Source: Deltaproteobacteria bacterium
Lineage (GTDB): Bacteria; Myxococcota; Kuafuiibacteriia; Kuafuiibacteriales; Kuafuiibacteriaceae
Length of the DNA stretch: 64,000 nucleotides
Assembly (NCBI GenBank): GCA_040218735.1
Contig: JAVJQW010000008.1
Span: forward strand, 64,001-128,000
Reading direction: 5' to 3'
Part shown: positions 50,791-59,727 of the stretch, piece by piece
Position numbering within the stretch: the first letter of the stretch is position 1
How the letters are laid out: each line of letters begins with the position of its first letter
Program-made: the position numbers and the translations under genes
The notes under the pieces: model-generated
Database searches by the model: none
Told to the model about the DNA's origin: nothing
What the model saw: the letters and a program-made list of their open reading frames with translations, nothing else

Positions 50791-52242
50791 ATGTGGATCT
50801 TCTACTTCGTGGGGCTCCTCTGCCTCGTCGCCGTCCCGCTCGTCGCGTCGTTCATCGCGGGGCAGTTCCTCTTCGGCTCGATGTGGTGGGGGCGGCACCT
50901 CTTCACGCGTCGGCGCGACGTCCTCCAGATCGCCGGCCCGAGCGGCGCTCTCCTCCCCGCGAAGACCGACGACAAGGGGCTCCTCGATCGTGTCCTCGTC
51001 TCGCGGCGAGGCGCCTTCGGTGAGGATCGCACGACGGTCGTCGACGGCATCTCCATCGCCGTCCGCGCACAGCCCCGCATCGTCGACGAACACGGCGAGC
51101 GCGTCGGCTTCCCGTGGACCCGCGAAGACCGCGCGACGGCGCGCGCCGTCATGCACATCGCGCTGGTCGCGGACCTCTCGGACGTGTTGCCGGAGTCGGT
51201 CTCACTGCACGCGGACGCCCGCGCGGACGAGGTCGGTTTCGGCGACGACGTCCTGTTCGCCGCCTTCATGACCGGACGCTTGCGCGCGGCGGTGGCGGAG
51301 TCGGATCGGATCGGTTTCCTCGACGGGTGCGTCGTCGTCGACTCCGCGTTCGCCGCGGACGACGCCCGCGTCCAGACGCTGCTCGCCGCGCTCGGCCACG
51401 CGTGTCGTCGCCTGCACGATGCGACGAAGGACGGGCACATCGACGTCGGCTCGATGTTGGTCGAACACCTCGCGACCGACGACGACGTCACCGTGCGCGC
51501 GCGCGCGATCGATCGTCTGCTCACGCGTTATCGCGAAGACGGTGAGACGCGCCGGCTCGGGTTGGAGCTCGCCGTCGAGGACGGCGCGGCGGAGGTTCGC
51601 CTCGCGGCCGCGAGGCACCTCGGTGAAGACGGCTTCGACATCGCGGTCGCCACCCTGAAGGACGGCGAGGCGTCGAGCGCGCTCCGTCAACGTGCCTTGC
51701 GCTTCCTCATGCGGCGCTTCGATTACGACCGGCTCCGCCCGCTGTTCGACGAGGTGCTCGAGGACGAGGACGATCGTCTCGCGCTGATCGTCGTCCGGCG
51801 CCTGGGTGACCTCGAAGATCGTTCGAGTGTCGCGAAGCTCTGCGCGATCACGGCGCAGGCCAAGCCGGACCTCGCCGCGGGCATCGCGCAGGCGCTCGGG
51901 GCCATCGGCGATCCTTCCGCGGAGCTGACGCTGATCGCTCTGTTCAAGCGTCGCGAGGTCGAGGTGCGGATCGCCGCCGCCGACGCGCTCGCCACGCTGG
52001 GGAGCGCCGACGCCGTCGCGCACCTGTTGCCGGTCGCGGAGTCCACGCGCACGGCACACGCGCTGCGCGTCGCGGCGTCGAGCGCGGTGCAGCTGATCCA
52101 GTCGCGCCTCTCGGGCCAGGCCGGCGCGCTCTCGGTGCTCACGCCCCCCGATTCAGGGCAGCTCAGCCTGGATCCGGCCGGCCGGGGCGCGTTGAGTGAC
52201 TCTCCCGCTGACAACCCGGATCCGATCGAACTAATCGAGTAG
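50791..52242 (+). CDS. Membrane-anchored HEAT-repeat protein
   Basis: N-terminal TM; AQALGAIGD, VRIAAADALATLG; GALS/GQLS tail. Confidence 0.8.
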   Translation: MWIFYFVGLLCLVAVPLVASFIAGQFLFGSMWWGRHLFTRRRDVLQIAGPSGALLPAKTDDKGLLDRVLVSRRGAFGEDRTTVVDGISIAVRAQPRIVDEHGERVGFPWTREDRATARAVMHIALVADLSDVLPESVSLHADARADEVGFGDDVLFAAFMTGRLRAAVAESDRIGFLDGCVVVDSAFAADDARVQTLLAALGHACRRLHDATKDGHIDVGSMLVEHLATDDDVTVRARAIDRLLTRYREDGETRRLGLELAVEDGAAEVRLAAARHLGEDGFDIAVATLKDGEASSALRQRALRFLMRRFDYDRLRPLFDEVLEDEDDRLALIVVRRLGDLEDRSSVAKLCAITAQAKPDLAAGIAQALGAIGDPSAELTLIALFKRREVEVRIAAADALATLGSADAVAHLLPVAESTRTAHALRVAASSAVQLIQSRLSGQAGALSVLTPPDSGQLSLDPAGRGALSDSPADNPDPIELIE

Positions 52243-52248
52243 CCGGCA

Positions 52249-53595
52249 ATGTCCGACGAGCACCAGGGACCGGTCGGGAAACGTCAGCGTTTCTTCAAGC
52301 TCGCGTCGATGACCGCGTCCGTCGCGGGGAACTACGCGAAGTCGCGCGTGAAGGGGGCGTTCTCCACCGCCGAGGAGGCCGCGAAGGATCGCGCGCGTTC
52401 CTACGCGGAGTCCGGCGAGAAGATCGCGCAGACCCTCGGCGAGCTGAAGGGCGCCGCGATGAAGCTCGGGCAGATGGCGTCGATCACCGCGGACGTCCTC
52501 CCGAAGGAGATCCAGGGCGCGCTGACGAAGCTCCAGAAGGAAGCGCCGCCGATGCCGTACGAGGTCATCGCGGATCAGATCCACAGTGAGTTCGGCGCGC
52601 GTCCGGAGATGTTGTTCGAGCACTTCGAGCAAACACCCTTCGCTTCCGCCTCCATCGGGCAGGTCCACCGCGCGCGCGTCGACGACGGCCGCGAGGTCGT
52701 GGTGAAGATCCAGTACCCAGGGGTGGACGCGACCGTCGACTCCGACCTCCGTCACCTCAAGCTCGCCATTCGCGCGAGTGGGTTGGTGCCGGCCGCGAAC
52801 AAGAACAACCTCGACGCGCTCTTCGCGGAGATCCGTGAACGCCTCCACGAGGAGCTCGACTACTGCAACGAGGCGGACAACGTTCGCCTCTTCCGCGACT
52901 TCCACAAGGACCATGAGTTCGTCGTCATCCCGAACGTGGTCGGAGAGCGGAGCAGCCAACGTGTCCTCACGCTGACCTACGAGCCGGGCGTCGACATCAA
53001 TCACCTCGACGAGGCCGGCTTCACGCAACAGGCGCGCGACCGCATCGGCCGCAACCTCTTCCTCATCACGCTCGAGCAGCTGTTCGTCCTGCAGGCGCTG
53101 CAGGCGGATCCGAACCCCGCGAACTTCGCGTTCCGCGAGGACGGCACCGTCGTCATGTACGACTTCGGTTGTGTGAAGCGCGTGAAACCGGAGATCGCGG
53201 AGGCGTATCGGCGCACGCTGCGTGCCGGAGTGGATGAAGACTACGCGGCGGTGGAGCAGGGGCTCCTCGATCTCGGCGCACGTCGATCGGGCGGGCCGGT
53301 CGTCGAGCACGACTACTACAAACTCTGGCGCGACACGTTGTTGCTCCCGTTCAAGACGGAGGAGCCGTTCGACTACGGCGCGTCGCAGATTCACGAGGAC
53401 GTGAAGAAACTCATCCCCGGGATCCTGAAGCGGCTGAATTCGTTTCAGGCGCCGGTGGAGATCGTGTTTGTCGACCGCGTGGTCGGCGGGCACTACGGGA
53501 ACCTGCGCACCGTTCGCTCGCGGGGCCGATTCCTCGACCTCGTGCTGCCCTACCTCGAGGAGCCGCCGCGCTCCGTCGCCGCGCAGTACACATGA
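52249..53595 (+). CDS. ABC1/AarF/UbiB-family atypical kinase
   Basis: KLGQ, ASASIGQVHRA, VVKIQYPG, EELDY..EA, ADPNPANF, YDFG. Confidence 0.93.
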   Translation: MSDEHQGPVGKRQRFFKLASMTASVAGNYAKSRVKGAFSTAEEAAKDRARSYAESGEKIAQTLGELKGAAMKLGQMASITADVLPKEIQGALTKLQKEAPPMPYEVIADQIHSEFGARPEMLFEHFEQTPFASASIGQVHRARVDDGREVVVKIQYPGVDATVDSDLRHLKLAIRASGLVPAANKNNLDALFAEIRERLHEELDYCNEADNVRLFRDFHKDHEFVVIPNVVGERSSQRVLTLTYEPGVDINHLDEAGFTQQARDRIGRNLFLITLEQLFVLQALQADPNPANFAFREDGTVVMYDFGCVKRVKPEIAEAYRRTLRAGVDEDYAAVEQGLLDLGARRSGGPVVEHDYYKLWRDTLLLPFKTEEPFDYGASQIHEDVKKLIPGILKRLNSFQAPVEIVFVDRVVGGHYGNLRTVRSRGRFLDLVLPYLEEPPRSVAAQYT

Positions 53596-54272
53596 TCGCG
53601 GTCGCTCTCCTGCTCGCGGCGCAGATCACGGGGACGTCGACGGGCGCCGTGGACGCGCGCGGTCGCGGCGCCGCGACCGCCTGGGAGATGCGCAGCCGTC
53701 TGATGGGCGGCTGGTTCACGAAGGAGGAGGTCGTCGAGCACGTCACCGCGCTACCGGTCGACGAACGGAAGGAGTTCCTCACCGCTTGGACGATGGCGGC
53801 GCCCAACTCCGAGGACAGCCTGTTCATCCGTCGGGCGGTGCAGCACTCGATCGATCACCACGACGAGATCGAAGCCCGCACGACGCCGGGACGACCGAAG
53901 CTCCCCATCGAGGAGCCGCCGCCGACGATCGAGGGCGACCGAGAACCCGACCCTCCGCCCAAGGTCGAGGACCGCCCCGAGCCCTTCGTCGCGGGCCTGG
54001 CGTCGTTCCTGTTCGGGCTCGGGATCGGCAACTTCTACGCGGGTGCGATCGACTACGGCGCCGCGATGCTCATCCTCGAGCTGCTCAGCGGAGCGGCGCT
54101 GGCCATCGGGCTCGGCGCCGACGACACCGGCCTCGCGATCGGCGGCGGTGTCATGCTGGGTTGCGTGTGGGTCGGGGACTGGGTGGGCGCGTACGTGAAC
54201 GCCTCGACGTGGCGGCCCGCGCGGCTCCCGGAGCAGGGGACCAACGTGCGCTTGATCGATCTCCGGTTCTGA
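53592..54272 (+). CDS. Hypothetical exported/membrane protein (paralog A)
   Basis: Signal-like N-terminus, GLGIGNFYAG TM2-like segment, C-terminal LIDLRF. Confidence 0.75.
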   Translation: MIAVALLLAAQITGTSTGAVDARGRGAATAWEMRSRLMGGWFTKEEVVEHVTALPVDERKEFLTAWTMAAPNSEDSLFIRRAVQHSIDHHDEIEARTTPGRPKLPIEEPPPTIEGDREPDPPPKVEDRPEPFVAGLASFLFGLGIGNFYAGAIDYGAAMLILELLSGAALAIGLGADDTGLAIGGGVMLGCVWVGDWVGAYVNASTWRPARLPEQGTNVRLIDLRF

Positions 54273-54290
54273 TAAAACCTCCGCGCGGAA

Positions 54291-54995
54291 ATGATCGCGG
54301 TCCTTCTCCTCGTCGCACTACAAACTCATACCGCGACGGCCTCCGAACGTTTCGACCCCCGGGGACAGGGCGCATCGCTCGCGTGGGAGATGAGGAACAA
54401 ACTCATGAGTGGGTTGGTCTCCCCGCAGGAGGTCGTCCGCGTCGTGACTTCGCGGCCGGTCGCGGACCGACGCGCCTTCCTCGGCGCGTGGACCATGGCG
54501 GCGCCGTCGACGGAGGAGGCCATCGAGATCCGTCGCGCCGTCGAGGACTCGATCGAGTTCGGCGAGGTCATCGAAAAGGAGACCGAACCGGGTAAGGCGA
54601 AGGTGCCTCGCCTTCCCCCTCCGGAGGACGCGGCCAAGCCGCCGCCCACGATCTTCGAGATTCCGCCGCCCCGCGCGCCCGATGCGCCGAGCCCCTACGC
54701 GGCGGGGGCCTTGTCGTTCTTCTTCGGGATGGGCATCGGCAACCACTACGCCGGCGCCCACCTCTACGGGATCGGCGTCCTCGTCGCGGAGGTCGTGGGC
54801 ATCCTCGTCGCGGTCGCCGGCGCGGGGAGCGGCGAGAGCTCGCTGACCATCCTCGGGTTGCTGACGTTCGTCGGCGGCTGGATCGCCGACTGGAGCGGCG
54901 CGGTCTATCACGCCGTGAACTGGAAGGTGTCGCCGAACGCCCGCTACGTCGAAGGCGGGCGCGTCGGCGTACAGCTGATCGACCTTCGCTTCTAG
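54291..54995 (+). CDS. Hypothetical exported/membrane protein (paralog B)
   Basis: Shares AWEMR..LM, FL.AWTMAAP, IRRAV, GIGN.YAG and LIDLRF with paralog A. Confidence 0.75.
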   Translation: MIAVLLLVALQTHTATASERFDPRGQGASLAWEMRNKLMSGLVSPQEVVRVVTSRPVADRRAFLGAWTMAAPSTEEAIEIRRAVEDSIEFGEVIEKETEPGKAKVPRLPPPEDAAKPPPTIFEIPPPRAPDAPSPYAAGALSFFFGMGIGNHYAGAHLYGIGVLVAEVVGILVAVAGAGSGESSLTILGLLTFVGGWIADWSGAVYHAVNWKVSPNARYVEGGRVGVQLIDLRF

Positions 54996-55008
54996 GGAGG
55001 CGCGGCGC

Positions 55009-58000
55009 CTAGAACACCCGAACGATGCGTCCGCCCGACACCGTCTCCGTCTCGAACAGGTAGATCGAGTTGGAGGCGGCGTCGTACGTCCACGCGTAGT
55101 CGGCGCTCGCGCCGAGGTCCGCGAGGACGCCGCGGTAGATCGGTGCCGAGCTCCCGGGCAGCTCGATGACGTGGATGTCGGCCGGGTTGCCCTGGCGAAC
55201 ATACAGGTACTGCGGAGCAGCCGGGTCATCGAGGTGGATCGGGTTCGCCGACGAGCCGACGTCGACCGCGAGCATGAGCTCCGGCGTCGCCGACGGGTTG
55301 CCGAGCTCCGAGCGCAGCAGACGATAGACGCCGTCCACGTTGTCCGCGACCGAGATGCCCGTGAAGTACAGGTACGTCGCGTCGGCGGCGATGCCGTAGA
55401 CGTTGTCGATCATGTTGTTGCTCCCGAGCTGCGTCGGCGACTGGGCGGCCGCGATCGGCACGCTGAAGACGTCGACGCTGTTCGTAGCGTGCGTCGCGTA
55501 GATCAGGTTCGTCCCGTCGAAGGTCAGCGCGCGCGCATCCTGCGTCGGGTACGAGGGCGTCAGATCCCACGCCTCGGCCATGAACGACGACTGCCCGTCC
55601 CAAAGGCGGAACAACCGGTTGTTCGACGAGCTCGTGGTGTTGTCGAGGCTGAACAGCTGCTCGTCGGAGAGCGCGACGGCCCCGTAGCCGACGTTGAGCG
55701 AACCCGAGAACACCTCGACCGCCACCGTCGCGGAGGTCGTCGGGTTGGGGAAGCGCTGCACGTCGCCGCCCGAACGACCGAAGTACACCCAGCTCGGCGA
55801 CGCGGCCATCCAGTAGTCGGTGTTCCACGACGTCGAGAACGGCGTCACCGGAACCTCGGTCACGGAGGTGCCGACGCCCGTGTACACGTCCGGCGTGTCG
55901 ACGATCGTGAGCGAGGACGACGCCCCCACCGGGACCGCGATGCACAGCTCCGTGCCGATCGGAGCGGTGCGCCCCACGCCGAGCGAAGCCGGCGACGCGC
56001 TGCAGCCGAGCTCCGACGAATCGTTCGCGTCGATCACGCCGAGCTCCGTCCCGGCGTTGGCGTTGATCTGCACGCGGCCGTTCGCGACCGTGTACCGGTA
56101 CCACTCCACCGAGCCGCCCGTGGTGAGGCAGGCGGGCGCGCCGAGGCGCGCGGTGGAGGTGGGGTTGAGCGTCGTCGTCCCCGCGCCGACCAGGCGCGCC
56201 GTGGCGCAGCTCTCGCCGAGCGCCGGGACGAGCTCGCGGACTTCGACGGTTGCGCCAGGCCAGTCATCGCCCGTCGCTTCCGTCGACATCCAGATGTAGA
56301 TCGGGCCAGCGCCGGGGCCGACCACGAGCTGGCTGGTCGTGACGTCGGCGTTGCAACCGAGCGACACGCGCTGCGGGTCGCGCGAGTTGCAGCGGTCGAG
56401 GACCTCGACGTTGATGGTGTCGTTCGAGCCCGTGCCCGCCGCGACGTCGATCGTCACGATCGCGTTGGTGCTCGTGCGCGGGTACTCGACGACGGTGTCG
56501 AAGCCGTGGATGTCGCCGTACGTCGGGTGGTCGTCGCAGCTGATCGAGCCGGTGCCGCCCCAGGTCACGTCCATGTCGAACGAGTTGACCGCGGTCGACG
56601 GGATCTCCCAGACGTGGGGATCGTTTGCGTTGACGGGCGCGGTGTAGATCGCGCTCGCGGTCGTCCAGGGCAGCCAGCAACCTTCGCCCTCGGCGGCGGT
56701 CGCGGGCACCTCTTCCACGTAGACCGAACCGCCCTGGAAGCTGCCGCTCGTGTTGCGGCTGACCCAGATCCAGTACGTCCCCGCGGGCACGTCCAGGAAC
56801 GACTCGATGTCCGTGTTGTTCCAGTAGCAGTGGTGCTGGGTGCTGGTCGCGCCGACCGTGCACGCGCCGCTGAGCACCTCGACGTTGAAGCCGACGGTGT
56901 TCGCCGATACGGCGCCGACGTGCAGGAGCTCGCCGCCGTTGGCGAGGGTGTCGGACTGCTTGACGTACTCGATCACGATGTCGTCGCCGTCGCCGGAGTC
57001 GTCACACAACAGGCTCCCGTTCCCGCCGGTCGTGCCGGCCTGCACGTCGAACGTGTAGCGGCCGCCCGCAACCGAAGTTGCGTAGCCGATCGTCAGCGGC
57101 GAGCTGCAGTCGAACCCGGTGGGCGGCAGCGGCAGCGAGAAGTCGAGGAGGCCGTCGCCCAGGTAGGGGAGGCCGTTGAGTGTGTTGCCGGCGAGGTCCG
57201 TCACGCCCGAGAGGTCGAAGGTGTACGACGCGCCGACGGTGAGCGTGACCGGGTACGTGGCGGTGAGCCCGTCGCCGGAGAGCGCGCCGGTGAGCTGGAC
57301 CGAGGTCGTGCCGTCCGAGAGCGGCGCATCGATCGTCTGCGGATCGACGGCTTCGCTGAACTGCACGACGATCTGGGACACGGTCGCGACGACGTTGTTG
57401 TCACCTTCGGCCGGCGTCGTGCTCGCGACGGTCGGTGCCGTGTTGTCGGGCGGCGTTGAGAAGTCGAGCCACCCGTCGCCGAGCGCCGTCGAGGGGACGG
57501 CGTTGCCCGCGAGGTCCGTGAAGCCGGTGACCTCGAGGCGGTAGTCGCGGCCGAGCGCGAGGAGGCCGGTGATGTCGAACGTGATCGTCTCGTCGGACCA
57601 GGTCCCCGTCAGCGTGACGCTGGTCTGGGTGGTGGTGTCCTCGAACGTCGCCGTCGAGGCGGTCGTGGTCATCGGCTCGTCGAACGTCACCGAGATCTGC
57701 GACAGCCCGACCGGCACGTTCGGCGTGCCCTCGGCCGGCGTGGTCGTCGCGATGCCGGGTGCGCCGGTGTCGGCCATGGTCGTGAAGTCGAGCGCGCCGT
57801 CCGTGAGGTAGGTCGTCCGGTCGAGCGCGTTGCCGGCGATGTCCGTGAAGCCGTTCAGCGCGAGGCGGTAGGTGACGCCGCCTGCGAGCGTGACGCGGTA
57901 GGTGACCTGCGTGTCGTCGCCGCTCCAGTTCGGCGTGACCGTCGCGGTGCCCGCGCCGGTGAGGACGGCGGTGCCCACGCTGTCGTCCATCGCTTCGCTG

Positions 58001-58803
58001 AAGGTGATGATGATGTCGGTCGAGCCGGCGGCGACGTCCGCCGCGCCCTCGGCCGGGACGGTGACGGTGACGACCGGCGGCTCGGTGTCGACGCCGGAGG
58101 CGGTCGTGAAGTCGAGCTGGTCGTTGCCGAGCGAGGTGATGTCGGCGTCGTTGCCCGCGACGTCGGTGAACCCGGCGAGCGTGATTGCGTAGGTCGTCGA
58201 AGCCTCGAGGCCGCTGAGGACGTAGGTGATGACGGTGTCGCCGCTCGACCACGTCGGCGCGCCGATCGTGGCGTTGCCGTCGATCGTCGCGGTGCCGTTG
58301 TTGGTGTCCATCGCCTCGGAGAACGTGAAGCGCACCGCGGCGAGGTTCAGCGGGATGTCCGTCGCGTCGTCGCTGGGCATCGTGGAGACCAGGACGGGGT
58401 CCTCCTCGTCGGGCTCGGCGGCGGTCGTGAACGTGAACGACTCCGCAGCGGCGGGGACGCTCGCGGTGCTCTCGAAGTTCATGAGGCGGACCGTGTACTC
58501 GGTGTCCGCGATGAGGTCCGCGGGGGGCTGCGCGGTGATCTTGGTGCCGCCGCTGCTCCAGCTCCCGGCCAGGGGGCCGCCGGGGTCGAGGACGATCGAT
58601 CCGGCTCCCTCGTTCATGGCGATCGAGAACTGCACTTCGATCGCGGTGGTCACGGCGATGTCGGTGGCGCCGTCGACGGGGCGGGTCGAGGTGATGGTCG
58701 GTGTGACGACGCCGTCGTCGCCTCCGTCGTCGTCGCCGCTGCAGGCGGCGGCGAGGAGAAGCCCGAGGGGGAGTGTGTGTCGGAGGATTGTGGTGCGGAA
58801 CAT
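55009..58803 (-). CDS. Large surface lipoprotein with ~5 Ig-like (Big_5) repeats and a beta-propeller-like C-terminus
   Basis: LAAAC lipobox; repeats P.DGA..V..I.V.FSE.MD..TDxAGN..LDFTT. Confidence 0.88.
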   Translation of the reverse strand: MFRTTILRHTLPLGLLLAAACSGDDDGGDDGVVTPTITSTRPVDGATDIAVTTAIEVQFSIAMNEGAGSIVLDPGGPLAGSWSSGGTKITAQPPADLIADTEYTVRLMNFESTASVPAAAESFTFTTAAEPDEEDPVLVSTMPSDDATDIPLNLAAVRFTFSEAMDTNNGTATIDGNATIGAPTWSSGDTVITYVLSGLEASTTYAITLAGFTDVAGNDADITSLGNDQLDFTTASGVDTEPPVVTVTVPAEGAADVAAGSTDIIITFSEAMDDSVGTAVLTGAGTATVTPNWSGDDTQVTYRVTLAGGVTYRLALNGFTDIAGNALDRTTYLTDGALDFTTMADTGAPGIATTTPAEGTPNVPVGLSQISVTFDEPMTTTASTATFEDTTTQTSVTLTGTWSDETITFDITGLLALGRDYRLEVTGFTDLAGNAVPSTALGDGWLDFSTPPDNTAPTVASTTPAEGDNNVVATVSQIVVQFSEAVDPQTIDAPLSDGTTSVQLTGALSGDGLTATYPVTLTVGASYTFDLSGVTDLAGNTLNGLPYLGDGLLDFSLPLPPTGFDCSSPLTIGYATSVAGGRYTFDVQAGTTGGNGSLLCDDSGDGDDIVIEYVKQSDTLANGGELLHVGAVSANTVGFNVEVLSGACTVGATSTQHHCYWNNTDIESFLDVPAGTYWIWVSRNTSGSFQGGSVYVEEVPATAAEGEGCWLPWTTASAIYTAPVNANDPHVWEIPSTAVNSFDMDVTWGGTGSISCDDHPTYGDIHGFDTVVEYPRTSTNAIVTIDVAAGTGSNDTINVEVLDRCNSRDPQRVSLGCNADVTTSQLVVGPGAGPIYIWMSTEATGDDWPGATVEVRELVPALGESCATARLVGAGTTTLNPTSTARLGAPACLTTGGSVEWYRYTVANGRVQINANAGTELGVIDANDSSELGCSASPASLGVGRTAPIGTELCIAVPVGASSSLTIVDTPDVYTGVGTSVTEVPVTPFSTSWNTDYWMAASPSWVYFGRSGGDVQRFPNPTTSATVAVEVFSGSLNVGYGAVALSDEQLFSLDNTTSSSNNRLFRLWDGQSSFMAEAWDLTPSYPTQDARALTFDGTNLIYATHATNSVDVFSVPIAAAQSPTQLGSNNMIDNVYGIAADATYLYFTGISVADNVDGVYRLLRSELGNPSATPELMLAVDVGSSANPIHLDDPAAPQYLYVRQGNPADIHVIELPGSSAPIYRGVLADLGASADYAWTYDAASNSIYLFETETVSGGRIVRVF

Positions 58804-58931
58804 GATTCGGTGCGTTGCCCTATACGTGGCCGGCGCCCCCCGGGGCCGTTCGAAGATCGACCACGGGGTGCTTTTTTATTCGGAGCGGACGGAGCCCGCG
58901 GCATCTTCTGCGTGGTGGCGGAGGCTCGTCA

Positions 58932-59249
58932 TCAGATCTCCCCACCAGCGACCGAGCTCGGCCAGGAAGGGTCCCAGAATGCCTCGACGTCTTCGATCCA
59001 GGCGCGCGCCTCGGAGAAGCGATCCTTCTTCAGGCGGTACAGTCGCACGCGTGCGTCGTCCTCCTGGATCTCTTCCTCCACGAGACCCGCACGCCGCAGG
59101 ATCCTCAGGTGCCGGCTCATCGCCGGGCGGCTGACGTCCATGGCCTCCGCGAGATCACTCGAGCGGCACGGCGACGCGCTCAGGCGCGCCACCACCGCGA
59201 GGCGGGTCGGGTCGGAGAGCGCTGCGAAGGTGTCGACGAGCTCGGTCAT
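58932..59249 (-). CDS. ArsR/SmtB-family repressor with an aberrant C-terminus
   Basis: FAALSDPTRLAVV, SRPAMSRHLRILRRAGLV, RLYRL; ATGA overlap with the VOC gene. Confidence 0.88.
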   Translation of the reverse strand: MTELVDTFAALSDPTRLAVVARLSASPCRSSDLAEAMDVSRPAMSRHLRILRRAGLVEEEIQEDDARVRLYRLKKDRFSEARAWIEDVEAFWDPSWPSSVAGGEI

Positions 59250-59683
59250 CCGCGGACGCGCTGCATGAACCACCAGCGGTGGCCTTCGAAGTCGACGGCG
59301 AGGTACGTGCGGTCCGACCAGTAGTCGTCGCCGTAGTCGTGGGTCGTCGGCTCCATCGAGATCTCGGCGCCGGCTTCGCGCGCGTGTGCGCAGTGTGCGT
59401 CGACGTCGTCCACCACGATGCACATCGTCTGGGTGTTGCCGCCCGCGAAGTGCTTCGGCGACTGCGCGAACTCACGCCCGGGGCGCTTGGAGCCTGCGGT
59501 GCCGACCATGATCAGGCCGTCTCCGTAGGTGAGCTCGGAGTGTTCGATGCTGCCGCCCTCGCCCTCGATCTTCAGGCGTACGTCGAACCCGAACGCGCTA
59601 CAGATCCAGTCGATCGCCTTGGCGGGATCCTCGTAGAAGATCGCGGATGAGATGCGGGGCCAGCCTTCGGGAGTTGGTTTCAT
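59246..59683 (-). CDS. VOC/glyoxalase-family protein
   Basis: YEDPAKAIDWI..AFGF, HSEL, VDDVDAHC..A..AGA, DFEGHRWWF. Confidence 0.92.
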   Translation of the reverse strand: MKPTPEGWPRISSAIFYEDPAKAIDWICSAFGFDVRLKIEGEGGSIEHSELTYGDGLIMVGTAGSKRPGREFAQSPKHFAGGNTQTMCIVVDDVDAHCAHAREAGAEISMEPTTHDYGDDYWSDRTYLAVDFEGHRWWFMQRVRG

Positions 59684-59693
59684 TCTGACAAAA

Positions 59694-59722
59694 TAGTTAA
59701 TCGATGTGTTAACTACCGTCAA
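59694..59722 (-). promoter_or_regulatory. ArsR-type operator palindrome overlapping a sigma70-like promoter
   Basis: TAGTTAA-N8-TTAACTA (59694-59715); TTGACG -35 on the minus strand at 59722-59717; AT-rich patch in ~70% GC DNA. Confidence 0.7.
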
Positions 59723-59727
59723 GCGCC

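Noticed and set aside
58833-58878. Imperfect hairpin plus T-tract
   Set aside because: T-tract is on the + strand while both flanking genes are on the minus strand; stem is weak.
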